This document shows positions 1 to 12,644 of a stretch of DNA of 64,000 nt, piece after piece. A program made the position numbers and the translations under genes. Under the pieces are notes generated by a model. It did no database searches. It saw only the letters and a list, made by a program, of their open reading frames with translations, and was not told the origin of the DNA. The stretch is taken from contig JAMWBK010000002.1 of NCBI GenBank assembly GCA_029953675.1, forward strand, positions 1,178,001 to 1,242,000, read 5' to 3'. Each line of letters starts with the position of its first letter. Position 1 is the first letter of the stretch. Source of the stretch: Rhodosorus marinus CCMP1338 (Eukaryota; Plantae; Rhodophyta).

Positions 1-49
1 CTCAGAGGCCACTTGAGTGAGTGTTGAGGCGGAAAGGGAAGGGGCCGAG

Positions 50-950
50 CGGTATGATACATACTACAAGATCCATTTCAACTAGCAAACAAGTATAGAA
101 AAGCATATATTGGAAACTCGATAGTTGTATACAGATATGGAGGATAGTCCGAACTGCTTATCCGTAAGGTCTTTTCTGTGAGCATTGCTGTTTGTGCTTG
201 CTTCCAGAGCTAGCGTACTTGTTTCGCCCCTTTTGGTTTTTCCGCGTTTAGCTGCTAACGTGCAGAGGACTTTGTCGATGCCCTAGGGGTGATGATGAAC
301 CACACGGCGAAGAGAGATCCATTAGAACAGGGAGCACATGATTAAGGAATGGACTAGGCTTCCCGATTGTACGTTTTCTTGCTTCAAGAGTGGCGTACGT
401 TTTTCGCCTTTGGATTTTTCCGAGTTGGATACCAACGTACAAAGGGCTTTTTCTTGGTGTCGAAAGGATGTGGATAACCCACGCCCGAAGAGAGATCGTG
501 AGACCAGGGAACACATGAATAAGGAATGAACTAGAGATGCTGCGTCAACCGGTGCGCCCTTGACCAAGGCAACGATCAAGAGGTCACTTTGGGGTGGTGA
601 ACTTGAGCAGTAGGGTTGCAAGTGGAATGATACATACCACAGGAGCCATTTCCAATAGCGAACAAGTCTAGACGAGCAGATATCTAGGCACGGCAGAACG
701 AAAGCTCGATACTTCACAGATGTGGAGGATAGTCTGAGCTGCTTATCCGTGAGATCTCTTCGGTGGTGAGAATTTTCAGTGAACCACCGGCTCTTAGGGC
801 TTAGCAGTTCTGTGTTTTTTTTCTTGCTTCAGAGTAGCGTACTTGTTTCGCCTTTTGGTTTTCCCGCGTTGGTTACCAACGTACACGGCGAAGAGAGATC
901 ATTAGAACAGGGAACACGCGATTAAAGAATGGACTAGAGTACTGCGTTCT
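50..950. repeat. Degenerate repeat family, three related copies (~50-360, ~375-545, ~620-950)
   Basis: Shared blocks seen directly: gat(a/g)tggaggatagtc..ctgcttatccgt at 136 and 719; gcttc..gag..gcgtac.tgtttcgcc.tttgg at ~200, ~380, ~825; cacggcgaagagagatc..ttagaacaggga..ac..gatta..gaatggactag at 301, ~480, ~885. No credible ORF. Confidence 0.85.
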
Positions 951-2739
951 AGAGCGCTTTGTGTTTTGAACTTGTTTTGGCACAGTTGGTTGCTGCCGAG
1001 TAAAGCTTACGAGGTTCCCGGAGGTGGAACACGAGCCAATGTCTAGATCTTAGAGTCCAAACGTCGTATCCATCTCAGTGAAGCCGGTGAGATATTGGCT
1101 AGAGATGATCAAACGGGTTATAGGTAGAGACCAACCAGTTCCCTAGATTAGAGCTAGAGAACACACTAGCTGCCGTAGGCAGCGGGACATAAGGCCACAG
1201 ATACGTCACGTCAATACTTAGCCGTCGGAGGATTCTGGTTTTGACCGCCACACCGTTGTCACAGAGGCTTGGAGAAGAGACATCTACAATTCTCGCGCAG
1301 ATGATCAGCAGGGGCGCTTGATACAAGAACATCTGTAGTGACAAGTTTTTCTTCAGATCGGTACACAAAATCGCGTAGATGCTCAGGAGATCTCTCTACA
1401 AAACCTGCTCGCCATCCACCGACGAGCTGTCACTTTCAGCATCACCACCTGGACGGAAGATCAGTCCAGAGCATACGCTGTCTTGTCATCCCTTGCCAAC
1501 CACAAAGGTACATTTGATTAAAACGGAGAACACCATTGTGCACATGTCGAAAGCATCCGGCAACGTATTGGGTTGTGGTTGGAAAGCGAAACATTCAACA
1601 TTCTGAATCTATGCCAGCTGCAGTACCGATCAATCATGACGGAGCTCATCACCGGGTACCAGGTAGATTACTGCGCAACTACTTAGTCGATTGCCCGTTC
1701 ACGTCAGCAGATATGAATGGTAGGGCTTCCGTCGTTGGAGTCTGAACAAGCCTGGAGTTACTGGGGCAATAACATGCACTCGGATGTCCGGTGCTGCTTA
1801 CGAAGAGGGGGACGAGGGTAATAAGCTCGGCTTTGGACAGAGCGGTTGGTCGTGCTCCAGCCCCAACTCGACGTATGCATACTTCAACATCATTGTGGCT
1901 GCAGCTTTGCTTGAAGGGTAGAGAGCAGGACTATTTTTCCAACTTTCCAGTCACGCCACCAATCACGCCGCTAGAGAAACTGCTTGTATTTTCGACAAGA
2001 GATCCCTTTGCTCCCAACGTGTCCCCCTCATGGCTGGTAGGCAATGCTTGATCCCCAGTATGACAGATTTGACATTGAACCAGTTTTCTTGGAGGCTGTG
2101 AAAAAAACCACTAAAGATGTTGGGCAGTGCTCCGAACAGAAGACATCGAATTGCGTAAATCATGCACCTCCATCTCCACTGGCTTCTAAAGTAAAAAGTT
2201 TCTCGGCTAAACAGAGAGGATGTGAACGATGTTGGACGGCAATGACTTTGCGCCCTAGGCATAGTTGGAAGGTCTGACCCGGTAGCGTAGCTCGGATAGT
2301 ATATCCGGCGTATAGATCCGAAGTAGAATCATTGCGGGCATACTACAGGTCGCCATGGCAAGGGCAGGAATAGATTACTTATGGCCCAAGTCACGGGCTT
2401 GCGGGACAGGGCCACAGTCAAAGAAGGTACCGAAGTTTGGAGAAGTACAACGGAGGTCAAGTATTTCTAATAAACGAGTTCAACGAACAAAAGTACTTAG
2501 TCTAAGAAACAACCACAAAAGCTAAAAGCATTACAAGAGGTAAATAGATGTCGTAAAACTATAAAAATAGATAATGGTTGGCAAAGCTGACCTCCTGTAC
2601 GAGAATCTTGAAAAGCGGCAACGGCAGCCGCTGCCGAACTGAAGGTCGTACGGCTAGTTGATTTTTTATCCTAATTGTCTTTTAATCCCTTGTTGGAAGA
2701 CTAGTGAGAGTTTCGAGACCAATCATCCCTCATACACTC

Positions 2740-2960
2740 AGGTGATATACGATTTCTCTGTTGAATCAACTTGGCGTTCAGTCTACGTGGACCTGGCGAT
2801 CACATGCCCCGTGACCAACAACTTTCTTCAGTCGGCCGCCCAGCGTCGTAGGAGTCATCAGCTTGTATTCTCCGTTGCCAGTAGGAACGCGACGTGCCGG
2901 TTTGGAGACTCGACAAGACTGGGTTGGAGTGGCTGTCTTACAGACCACCCTGCAGAGTAC
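2740..2960 (+). mobile_element. Possible relic of a restriction-enzyme-like (REL) endonuclease from an early-branching non-LTR retrotransposon (CRE/NeSL/R2 type)
   Basis: The peptide VYVDLAITCPVTNNFLQSAAQ resembles the REL D-V-T-V-x-x-P...AA block. Downstream, the frameshifted sequence gtg ccg gtt/gag act...ggt tgg resembles the VP-x-ET-x-GGWG block. Heavily degraded; weak motif-level similarity only. Confidence 0.3.
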
Positions 2961-3442
2961 GTGGAGCTACTACGCAAGGCTTTTTGTTTTTTAGTATCGC
3001 CTTCTAGAGGTATCCTATCAACATGCTCGCAGAGGGGCACCACAGCCTCCTTGGTTTGCAGAAGCTCTTTCCGTAAGCTAGCTAGTTTCCAGTACGCGAG
3101 TGGAGGCGGTTTTTTTTCAGTCTCCGAATAAACACACTCGTTCAGTGGAGCGTTTGCAAATTCTGGTAAAACCAATCAACCTGGAGACAACATTATAAAG
3201 CCCGAACGAGAAAATTTTAAAGCTAAGGGAGTAGATGACCCCGCTCCCGGATCAAGCCAACGTTCATGCAAGAAGCAACAACCTCAGACCAGCAGAGAGG
3301 GCGGCCGAGCTTATGAGGAGGCGGAGTTTACCAAGTAGTCGCACTCCAGGTGGTGCGCAGACACTTGATTTCATCGAACTTCTCAGCCTGAGGGCCATCG
3401 AAAGGGGAACGCCGACTCCCTCCCATCACACGCCAGTGTACA

Positions 3443-3514
3443 AGCAGGTGCTAAAAAAAGAAACCCTAGTACTCGGGTTCCCGTGCCTCGAGCAGGTGCT
3501 AAAAAAAGAAACCC
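3443..3514. repeat. 24-bp perfect direct repeat with 48-bp period
   Basis: agcaggtgctaaaaaaagaaaccc at 3443-3466 and 3491-3514. Confidence 0.95.
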
Positions 3515-3569
3515 AGGCACACGGGTCCCATTGTCCCGGATGGTCCCAACGGAAACACTGTCAACATCC

Positions 3570-3910
3570 AAACAGCGAAGAACACTGCGATCTTTTCTAG
3601 GGCTAAGTCTAAGTAAGAAGATCTCGAGGCTTAGTAGAACGGAAACTCGATAGTTTACAGATGTGAAGGATAGTCTGAGCCGGTCCTCCGTGAGGCCTTC
3701 TCTGTATGACAAAGCTTTTGCGGTATTCTTGGAGAAAAGTGATCACAGAAGTTTGTGTCCACGCAGTTTCGGTTTTCTAAGAGTTCCTTCTGCTTCACCT
3801 ACCGAGAGTAGAGCGCCAAAGTTGGTAGATATTGCCATGCTTGACTCGAGGATAGCACGGTATCCTCATGTACGTGAGCGAGTCCAATGTCTCCAGAGTC
3901 TACAGACCCA
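3570..3910. repeat. Dispersed further copy of the 50-1060 repeat family
   Basis: ggaaactcgatagtttacagatgtgaaggatagtctgagc matches ~113-155 and ~700-740; cgagtccaatgtct..agagtc at ~3880 matches cgagccaatgtcta...agagtcc at ~1032. Confidence 0.8.
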
Positions 3911-4269
3911 CGCGGAAGGACCTCATATATGTTCGACATTTCAGTACGGATGAGGATCGACATCCAGCCAAAGATAATGATCTCGATCTGAAGAATGAAC
4001 ATTGGAAAGATGAAGTTGTCAGTACCACCGGCGTACATCCAACACACAGGGGAGATTCAATGTACGATGACACCGGAAAATTGTGGTGAGGCGATACGTA
4101 CACCATACGCAGAAGCCAGGAGAAGAGCCGCCGCGGAGGAGATTGGCTCGCTAGGATCAAACAACACGGTAGCTAGGCTCCTCCGCGGCGGCTGCCAACG
4201 TGGTTATCCGAAGTGAACCTGGCTCCTCTACACTCCCGACCGCTTGATATTTCTTTCCTTGAAGAACGC

Positions 4270-4960
4270 GACCAAAGCTGTAGCTCTTTCTGCTGCATTA
4301 GTCTTAGTAATTGACTGCCTCCCGAGTAGAGGTCGGTCTTAGCCAAAGATCCAACCCCGGTTTGGAAGGAACCGACTTTGCTTGGCAGGCTCAGCATAAG
4401 GGCGATTGGTATCTCTTGTCATGTAAAACAAGAACTAGGAAGCCAGACGCAACCTTGGCTAAAACTGAGCAATTTTCTCTGTTGAACTTGTGCTTCTTCA
4501 GTCGATGCGGTGGTCTGACTTAACGAAGACATTCCATCCTGTACGTCAGACTTAACTTTCTCAGAACCCCTGTTTGCGGAGGCACCTGTGACTTCGTTCA
4601 TGCCTTGAGGGACAATTGGTAGATATCCCGTCATGTCCAAGGCGTTCTGAGAAACAAAAGACGGTCTCCACTGGATCTTTGGACCTTTGCCAGTGCGCAT
4701 GTGGACCCGTCGAAGCTGTATACCAAAAGGCTTCCTAATGGAACTCTTCGTACCGGTCTGCGCTTAGCTGGCTGGCAGTGGTGTGCCTTGGGCTCGAAGC
4801 TCTCTAGGATTTGGTATCTTTTGTCATGTCCCCAGTAGAACTAGGGTTTTCGGAACCAAAGCAGTGGACACCCTGGTTTGGTCCGCTGGATCAGTCCGAG
4901 TTTATGCTCTCCGCGAATGGTAGCATGGACCCCTTTGGCAAGCTGTAGCTCTCGTACTGG
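4270..4960. repeat. Second degenerate repeat family (~405-bp spacing)
   Basis: ttggtatct(c/t)ttgtcatgt..agaactagg at 4406-4439 and 4811-4845; aagctgtagctct at ~4276 and ~4940; gcat(gt)ggaccc...aagctgta at ~4697 and ~4923. Confidence 0.7.
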
Positions 4961-5434
4961 CACGAAAGCTCACTAGAAGAGGCTAGCGAACATACGTCTG
5001 CATAGAAAGACTTGAAGTCACTAGGAGAGCCATGTCAATTGCGACATACTTTCCTGAGGAAAGTTTCAGTCTACAGATCCTCTTGTTCGACGATATCGAC
5101 GCCAGTGCTGATCTGGGATTGGATGCAAGCCAACCTATCGATATTCACGGAACACACACATTCTGGTGGGCATGAGAGGTTTCGCAATTTCAACTTTATC
5201 GAGTCTTGCTTGTATTCCTTGTGGCCGCGCACGTTCTCCTTGATGATTCGAGAACGTAGATTATTCTTCAGAGACGGGGACTTCATAGAGTTTTTATCCT
5301 TATCGGATAGGTATATATCAAAACCAGACAGAATTTGACCTTTGCAAACGGGATCAAGGCTGTTGGTTGAAAGTGAACCGCCACTTTCTAACGCCAAGGT
5401 GTATATTGAGATCACTGTTCGCGACAAATGTCTT

Positions 5435-6880
5435 CTACATTACAATCGTAGGTTCATACAGATCCTCCTTGATGCTCTTGTGCGGAAGAACCCGTACGCC
5501 ATTGAGACACACACCCTCCTTCACCTTGACGTCCTCACCAAGGACAGTCACATTGTCCGTTCTAGCCCATTTGCCAACAGAGGACTCCCACCCAACAATG
5601 GTCTTTCTCACAAAGGCATGCGCTCCGATCTAAAAACGGTAGGAGACGAGCACAATGCGGAATTGATTGGTCAGATCCTCACTGTACGCATCTTACTTAA
5701 CCAAAGCATGTCGAGAAGCTGTCTCTAACCTTAGAACCCTTCAGAATAGCACTTCCAAGAATCCTGGCTCCGTCTTCTACAATACAATTCGCTCCGATCA
5801 CTACGTCCGGTCCCAATATGGCTGTTTCTGATACTTGAGCTGTCTTGTCGATGAGAACATTGCCAATGATATTTCCTCCTTGAGGGACAAGCGCTGTGGG
5901 GTTGATCTTTGACTGGGAATCTAGGTGCAATCCTAGTCCGGTCAAGTAGTCCTTCGGCTGTCCAACATCTGCCCAGTGGCCTATTCAGAGTGGAGGTGTA
6001 AAAATCTCGCCTCAGGAAGTGCTCCATACTGGACCGAGCTTTGGTTATCAATTTCCCCTACCCGGCAGTTCAAAGCAAAAGAGCTTGTTTTCCGCAGCAA
6101 TTGCAGGGAATGTCTCTCTCTCAATGGAGGTTGGGCGAAGTTCGATTCGGTTGAACACGTTTGGAGAGAGGAGGTAAACTCCAGCATTGATCTTGTCTCC
6201 GCAGAACACCTGAGGCTTCTCCACAAATCTGATTTGAACGTGACACAGTCAAAGATGTTAAGGGTGGGGGGAGTGTTCGGGCAGTTTCAATGCTTGCAGA
6301 TGTTGGGTTTGATGCCTCTTACCGATCGATCATCATCTCTTCGTTGTACAGAACGACCCCAAACTTGGACGGATCATCTACCTTAGTTATGAGGATTGTG
6401 GCCTCTGCGCCCCTGGAAGCATGAGCCTCTAGCATGCCCTTGAACGGATAATCAGCACATACGTCAGAATTGAGTACGAAGAAGGGCTCTCCATCGTTGA
6501 GGTGCTTTTCGGCGAGCTTGATCGGTCCAGCAGTGTCCATGGGTTCGTCTTCCTTGGAGGTCGTGATTTTCACTCCCAACTACACGAGATTGGTAATCCA
6601 CAGAAAGCTGTCAGAAGGTGCTTTGCAACAACACACGACCAAGACTTCTTCCTCTCCATCGAAAACTCACCTTTGCACCTTCCTCTGCAAGAAAGTTTTC
6701 CATGACGTGCGGCTGGTAATTGACAGCAAGCACGACTTCCGTCACTCCCACCGCGACAAGAGCCTCGATCTGGTGCATAATCATTGCCTTGTTACAGAAC
6801 TCAACGAGCGGCTTGGGCTTACTCAGCGTCAGCGGCCGCAGACGCGTCCCGTATCCTCCAACCAAAATCAACGCCTTCAT
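5435..6880 (-). CDS. GMPPB: GDP-mannose pyrophosphorylase (mannose-1-phosphate guanylyltransferase), multi-exon
   Basis: N-terminus [31 protein letters not shown]; EPMDTAGP; PSKFGVV; left-handed beta-helix hexapeptides; C-terminal exon [24 protein letters not shown]...[18 protein letters not shown] with TAG at 5435-5437. GT-AG introns join the fragments. Confidence 0.96.
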
Positions 6881-9062
6881 GTTTACTTAGGCACCAGTAC
6901 TTTCGTATCCGATCCAAATTTCTAGCTCGATCTCAACCCGTACAGCAAACACCTCCCCACGTCCTTGCCCTGCCTCTCTCCGTTTTCAAAAGCCGACAAC
7001 TCTAAAGCAACTCAAACACTTCTTGCTCAAATACAATCAGCCAGCGAATACTGAATTAGTTCAACCAATTGTACATTCTTACTGTTCCATCTATACAGAT
7101 TTTTACAGTAAAAACTCCGTAAACATATTTTCCGGTATGCAGAAGAAACGAAATTTTATTCTCAAGAGGTTATACGTAAGATCTACTCAAATAGTCTTTC
7201 TACATACTGTAACTATACTTAAAAGAAGACACTACACATAATGTATATAGTATGTATTTGTTTTCGAGGGTTTGATCTGCAACGCCTCAACCACCCTGTG
7301 GGAAATGGTTGAACAAATACTAAAAGAAATGCAAATCAAAAATTATTATTCACATTCAGATCGCGGTCGTGCGGTCCACGTAAGGGGGGTAAATCAAATT
7401 CATCAAAGTAGAACTCAAGCAAATATAGGTAGTAAGAATGTAAATACTATTAAGTTGATATATTTGATGTATAGAAAAATAATTCTACAAAATAAACTGT
7501 AAATTGAGCGTTCCTCAAGTAAATCTGTATTTAGTCTAGATTTAGCTGAAACCCAACCCCTTGTTTGAGCGAAGAATCAAGAGAAGTTATAACTCCCATA
7601 AACGCGATGGCAATCTTCTTTCTCGAAGACACTTGAAATATTTTTAATTATCAACTATTATCAACAACAACACCGTTCCTTACCCCCTCCTTACTTCTCC
7701 ACATTTTCATTCAGGACACGAAATTACCAACGGACTCCCCCCCCCTCCTCAATTCCCCCCCCCTTTGGCCTTTCTTCAATTGGTTCTTATGATTAAGATG
7801 AGCCTGTGGGCCTGTCATTTTCGTGACATTTTTTTTGCATACATTCTGGCTTTGTCGGAACAAAAATGGAGGAAGGTATGATTCCAAAAATGCTGGTAAG
7901 GGGGGTAGCGGATTGGGACAGGCTTTTCACAGACATTGAGAAAACAAATGTTGAAAAATAATTAAACATGCCGTGTTCCTGTGAACTGAGGTGTCCGTTT
8001 TTTTAAAGATGTGTCAAAAAACGCCAATCAAAAACTATCCACATATTCTGGTAGACACGTGTATGTATATTATTGCAGTATGAGCCACGTATTTGGTGAT
8101 TCTTTGGATTCTGAAATCAATTAATTGGCAGAAGAAACTATTCTCGATCAGCTATAGCCCTTGCCGCATATGTTCTCTATTGGGTCAAAATATTTGTAAT
8201 GGAAAGAAAACAGCCTCGTGGGCGTTGAAGAAGCTGCATAATTGGAGAAACTGTGAGCTTATAGTATTAAACTCTCTCTCGATTGGATTAACCACTGTTG
8301 TGTGTCCAATTGATTGTAAGGATGAATCGAAATAGATGCTTTTCTTTTGGTTTCAGTCTCTTTTGGCGTTTCCGCAGTTGACCCACAAACTGTCCCACAA
8401 CTTGCCACACGGAGTGTCCCGTTCATAGAAACCTTACTTAACAAAAACGTAGACTTGCCGATTAAGAGCAAGACGAACTAGAGGAGGAGAGCAATGTCCC
8501 TTCTATGTCAGCATGACATCCGCCTGGTTTAAGCTAAGGAACAAGACATTTCAAGTGGTTGAGAGGCTTTGCTGAGCTACTTGGTCGTTTTGCCTATTAA
8601 CTGCTTCTTTGCTGCAAACGCTCCCTCCACGTCTTCTCGTTGCTAAATCTCTTTAGCTCAAGACCAGCTGATACCGGCTTCTATTCATCATACTCGTTCA
8701 TTGAACCCAGATGAGCAGTAACACCAGACTAATGTAACCGTGAACTTTCAAACCAACCGCAGACTAGCATAGCTCAGGCTTTCTCAATCCTGCGCGTCGC
8801 GTGAGGTTCTGCACATCAAAAGCAGACCATCAATTGCGGTTCCGGAAGGAAACACGAAGCTGTACGACGTCTCCGATTTACTTGGCTTTCGTGTAGAGTA
8901 TCTATTGAAGCAGAATACCCACATGAAAAGACTTTTACGAAATTCCAAGCTATCGGGAACGTGTCTACGGAACCAGATATCTGCTGAGGCAGGCATCCAG
9001 TTTGCCCGATAGAAGAGCGAGCTTTCGATTTGTGTTGCTTCTTTTTCCCCGTGTGTCGCGGT

Positions 9063-10010
9063 ATGCGGGCTTTTGTTACCGTCGGTAGCACACAGTTCGA
9101 TGAACTCATCATGGCTCTGGACGACGAGCGTGTGCAGAAGGTGAGTTTGTGCATTCTTTTCCTTGGCCCAGTGCACTGGTCCGAAAAAAACCTCACCTGA
9201 GCAGACGGTATTGCGACTGGTAGGCACTTCGTGACATCGGAGTAACCAAGCTCACAGTTCAGGTGCGACCATAGAGAAAAGAGTCATCGTTGACAGACTT
9301 TACGGCTCCTCGATCCTAAACCCAAAGCGCCTCATGCTCTTGTGAACTGGATGCAACATTTGATGATCTCAGTATGGGAGAGGAAGGTACAGAATGGCCA
9401 CGGGCAGCGGAAGTTTTCTGGATGTCGAAGCGTATGACTTCAAGGTAGAAACCAGGAACCAGACACTCCACTTGGTTTTGCTTTTGTTGGTGACGAAAAC
9501 GAACTAATAGAGTACTGCCCTTTCCGTCCTTAGCGATCCCTGCATGATGATATGACAGCTGCAGACCTGATCATCAGCCACGCCGGTGCTGGAACCATAC
9601 TGGAGAGCCTTCGACTTGAAAAACGGCTGGTATGAGCATCACCTGAATCCCTTGTAACAATCCCCAAAGCGTTTTGGGAGGCTCAGCCCTCCATGTCTCA
9701 TTTTCCAGATCGTCGTGGTAAACGAAAGCCTAATGGACAATCACCAAGCAGAACTAGCGGAAGAGATGGAGAGAAACAATCACTCGTATGCAGCTACAGT
9801 TTCAACTCTTCTCGACGTTATCAGGAGAGCAGTAGGGATCTCTTTATCATGCAGACTCAGCACGCCTTCTCTTCGAACTTCCTTTCCTCACTGTGGTTTG
9901 GCTCTTGCATGCAGGAGTTTTCTACTCGTGTTCCTCTCCCACCGCCAAACTCAGAGGCAGTACCTACCGTCTTGAAAGAAGAGCTGTTGCTTCGAAACTT
10001 GGGTCTCTAA
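9063..10010 (+). CDS. ALG13: UDP-GlcNAc transferase catalytic subunit ALG13 (short form), six exons
   Basis: Spliced: MRAFVTVGSTQFDELI | ALRDIGVTKLTVQ | YGRG...EAYDFK | ...ADLIISHAGAGTILESLR | IVVVNESLMDNHQAELAEEM | EFSTRVPLPPPN...*. Signature motifs are present; most of the gene is missed by the ORF track. Confidence 0.93.
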
Positions 10011-10460
10011 TCTCAAACGATCCGAGTAAGGAAGAGCAATACGTCGAAGCATGGAAGTCTTGATCTGCCCTTGGTAGCCTATTCGCGTACGAAGCCAGCT
10101 CCCGATGCTTCCCGTAGAACGAAAGTTGCGGTTAACGGAGTTAGTTTCGCAGTCCTGGTGGTGGCTCCCTCTCTTTAAGCAGAACGTGAAGGAAGAGTAC
10201 CTTTCGGATTGGTCCAGACGTTGCCCTGATGGCCCTCCATCTTCACCAGTGTTTGGTCGCGGTCGAAAGGATTTAAAAACGCAGAGGCTAACTCTCTATT
10301 TGAAAGGCTTTGCACACCGCTGACTGTTGAAAAGACGCTCTATTCTATATATATATCATTTACATACACACCACTTATACGGAAAAGACTCAAAAGGGCT
10401 TTCTTCGGGATAGCCCCTTCATCGAAGTTAAAACTACGTTCGCGTATGCCCGAAACCTGG

Positions 10461-11600
10461 CTAAGGATTCAGAGCCCCTGGATGACGTTTTCTCATATGC
10501 TTGAGGTAGTTGGCGCGCCATCTGAATTCATGGTCGCAATATGAGCACAAAATTTTCGGCATCTCGTGGTGAATGTTAGCTACGTGCACGTCCAGATGGG
10601 AGCTTTGTGTGAAGCGCTTCCCACATATATCACAGGCGTAGTTCTTCTGTCGCTCATGAACTGTACTCCAGTGTCGGGTGAAGTGATACTTTGTGCGGAA
10701 GGATGAACCACATAATGGGCAAGGATGGCCTTTCTTTGACTTCTTTTTCCGGACCACCTGCTTTTGCTCTATTGTTGGTGAGTTTCCCTCTAAAAGCAAA
10801 AGCCCCTTCTGCCTTTCCATGCCCGTCAAAAGACGATTTGTTTTCCAGCTGGTGGTCGCCAGGGAAAAGATTTGTTGTACTCGAGGAAAAACTTGGCCCT
10901 TTTCGGTTGATAAATTGGTCCTCAGAGAAACACCTGTATCCAAGTGCATCCATCCGTTGCCGCTCATTTTCTCGGTTACACTATTCAACATCGAAAACGG
11001 GTTCATGTCAAAGGGCACGACTGCCCCCGCGTTTCCTAAGAACCTCTGCTTGAGGACATCACAGTGACAAGGCTCTTGTCTCAGTGTACAAAAGTCGCAG
11101 TCCGTGTCCATGACCACATACTGAACTCCGTGAAACCTGTTCGAGCCGGGCGGGGCTTTAGCAATAAATACAAAGCCTTTGGAGTGGTAGAGGCTCTGCA
11201 ATACAACACTACAGCGAATTGTTAGCCCCTCCGAGTCCTGGTTCGTTATTATTGCCATCATGTCTCCCGTCTCAATATCATAGTGGACAACCATTCGATC
11301 TTCACGATAGGAATCCCCATTAACCTTCACGGAGAATGCGAAACCTACGTCTCCGAGTAAGTGTGACGCTACTACAAGACTCTTTCGAAACACCACCGTT
11401 TCCCGGACACCTACTTCAGGACCTTGTTCAAGCTTCAAAAAATCGAATGGCACCAACGTCTTCTGCAGCATATCACTCCTAACCTTCCCTGCCGTTTCTC
11501 CCAGAAGCCACTTTGCAACATCCACATTCTCTGCAAGAAGTCTCGTCGCGGTTCGAAACACACCGCCGTCCGCAAGACCGTCTATCTCAATGAACCCCAT
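10461..11600 (-). CDS. Intronless 379-aa protein with three C-terminal C2H2 zinc fingers and an unrecognised N-terminal domain (paralog 1)
   Basis: Fingers CPLC..HWSTVH, CDIC..HVANIH, CSYC..HMRKRH. ATG at 11600 (MGFIEIDG) aligns with the paralog's start. Internal DCDFCTLRQEPCHC motif. Confidence 0.92.
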   Translation of the reverse strand: MGFIEIDGLADGGVFRTATRLLAENVDVAKWLLGETAGKVRSDMLQKTLVPFDFLKLEQGPEVGVRETVVFRKSLVVASHLLGDVGFAFSVKVNGDSYREDRMVVHYDIETGDMMAIITNQDSEGLTIRCSVVLQSLYHSKGFVFIAKAPPGSNRFHGVQYVVMDTDCDFCTLRQEPCHCDVLKQRFLGNAGAVVPFDMNPFSMLNSVTEKMSGNGWMHLDTGVSLRTNLSTEKGQVFPRVQQIFSLATTSWKTNRLLTGMERQKGLLLLEGNSPTIEQKQVVRKKKSKKGHPCPLCGSSFRTKYHFTRHWSTVHERQKNYACDICGKRFTQSSHLDVHVANIHHEMPKILCSYCDHEFRWRANYLKHMRKRHPGALNP

Positions 11601-12517
11601 CTTAAGTTCAAGACAGGCTTGTGCCCTCCCACAAGCCTCAACTTTTATCAACCGTGGATAAATCAATCCAACCCCTCTTCTCAATTCTCTCTTCTAAGCG
11701 TGCGAACATGATTCAAACTCTTGGGAGAGAAAAAGAACCACGCAAACTGGGTCCACTTCTTCCGCACATCAAACTAGTACCGTTTCGATTCACCCGCCAA
11801 ACCCTTCTAATCCCATGCAAACCCGAACCTGTCCAGAGGAAAACCACACTTATGGGTAAAGCTATCTTAATAAAAACCAGAACGCCTTCAGGTTTGGTCC
11901 AGCAAAATACCCTCTCGTCCCCCTCAAACCTGAAGCTAACGATCAAAACCCATCAAAAAAGCCCCTCCAAAAAGTACGTTCTCCTATTTGTGTTACCTAG
12001 ACTTCCTCATTCCCCCCCTCAACCCCTCTACATCCCCACTTCAACGAATACAAACCTCATTCCCAAACAGAAAAGGCTCTCTTCCTTCAGCCCCAACAAG
12101 CTTAAGAGCTCAATAGCATCCTCCTCCCACCCCCTCCATTCTCTACAGAATACTTTTTCTTTTGCTTCTCTTCAAATAGCTTTGGTGTCATTACGCGTAC
12201 ACTGCCCTCCCTCCGAAACAAATCTTGATGCCTTCCAAGTCTCTTCACACTCACATCAAAGCATCAAAGCTTCTACTATGGTGTTGCCAATTCTGGTTAA
12301 CATAGAGTTTTCCAGCTAAAAGTTCAGTATCTGCCGGCTGGGGGGGAGCGAGAGTGGGTGGGAAACGATTGGCTATGGAACTGCAGCTGCTACTGTGAGA
12401 CATCCAACAACAGAATAGTGACATACAACTCAAAAAAGTCAAGTAAATCCCTCTATGGAGAACCGAATCCCTCCACAAAAGCAAGGAAAGAGACAATGAA
12501 CTAGGCTTGTCATAAAA

Positions 12518-12644
12518 TGTCCGATATTTTTTTCGGACGTGTCCGATAAACTGGTACCCATAATATTGAATTATTGAAGTTACTTGATACAGGGTTAGAG
12601 GCAAATATTTTAAAAACATGTCTGATTGGTTTGTTTATCGGACA
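12518..12644. repeat. Cluster of TGTCCGA motifs including a perfect 12-bp inverted repeat
   Basis: tgtccgata at 12518, tcggac at 12533, tgtccgataaac at 12540-12551 and its reverse complement gtttatcggaca at 12633-12644. Confidence 0.8.

Noticed and set aside
1190-1300. SNF2-like helicase gene from the LTATP motif
   Set aside because: Single short motif with no Walker A or DExx in register and stops on both sides; kept only as a remark in the repeat-block finding.
5071-5427. 118-aa minus-strand ORF right after the GMPP stop
   Set aside because: Begins with TTG rather than ATG, has no motif, and lies in the probable 3' UTR at the edge of the repeat block.
8784-9227. Minus-strand ORFs overlapping the ALG13 start
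   Set aside because: Antisense to ALG13 exon 1 and its leader; no recognisable protein features.
5435-10010. GMPP and ALG13 as a glycosylation gene cluster
   Set aside because: Only two divergent housekeeping genes 2.2 kb apart; adjacency is explainable by chance without synteny data.
11621-12319. Long Pro/Ser/Leu-rich ORFs (also 27844-28410, 39924-41003)
   Set aside because: Artefacts of C-rich strand-skewed leader DNA, which lacks stop codons.
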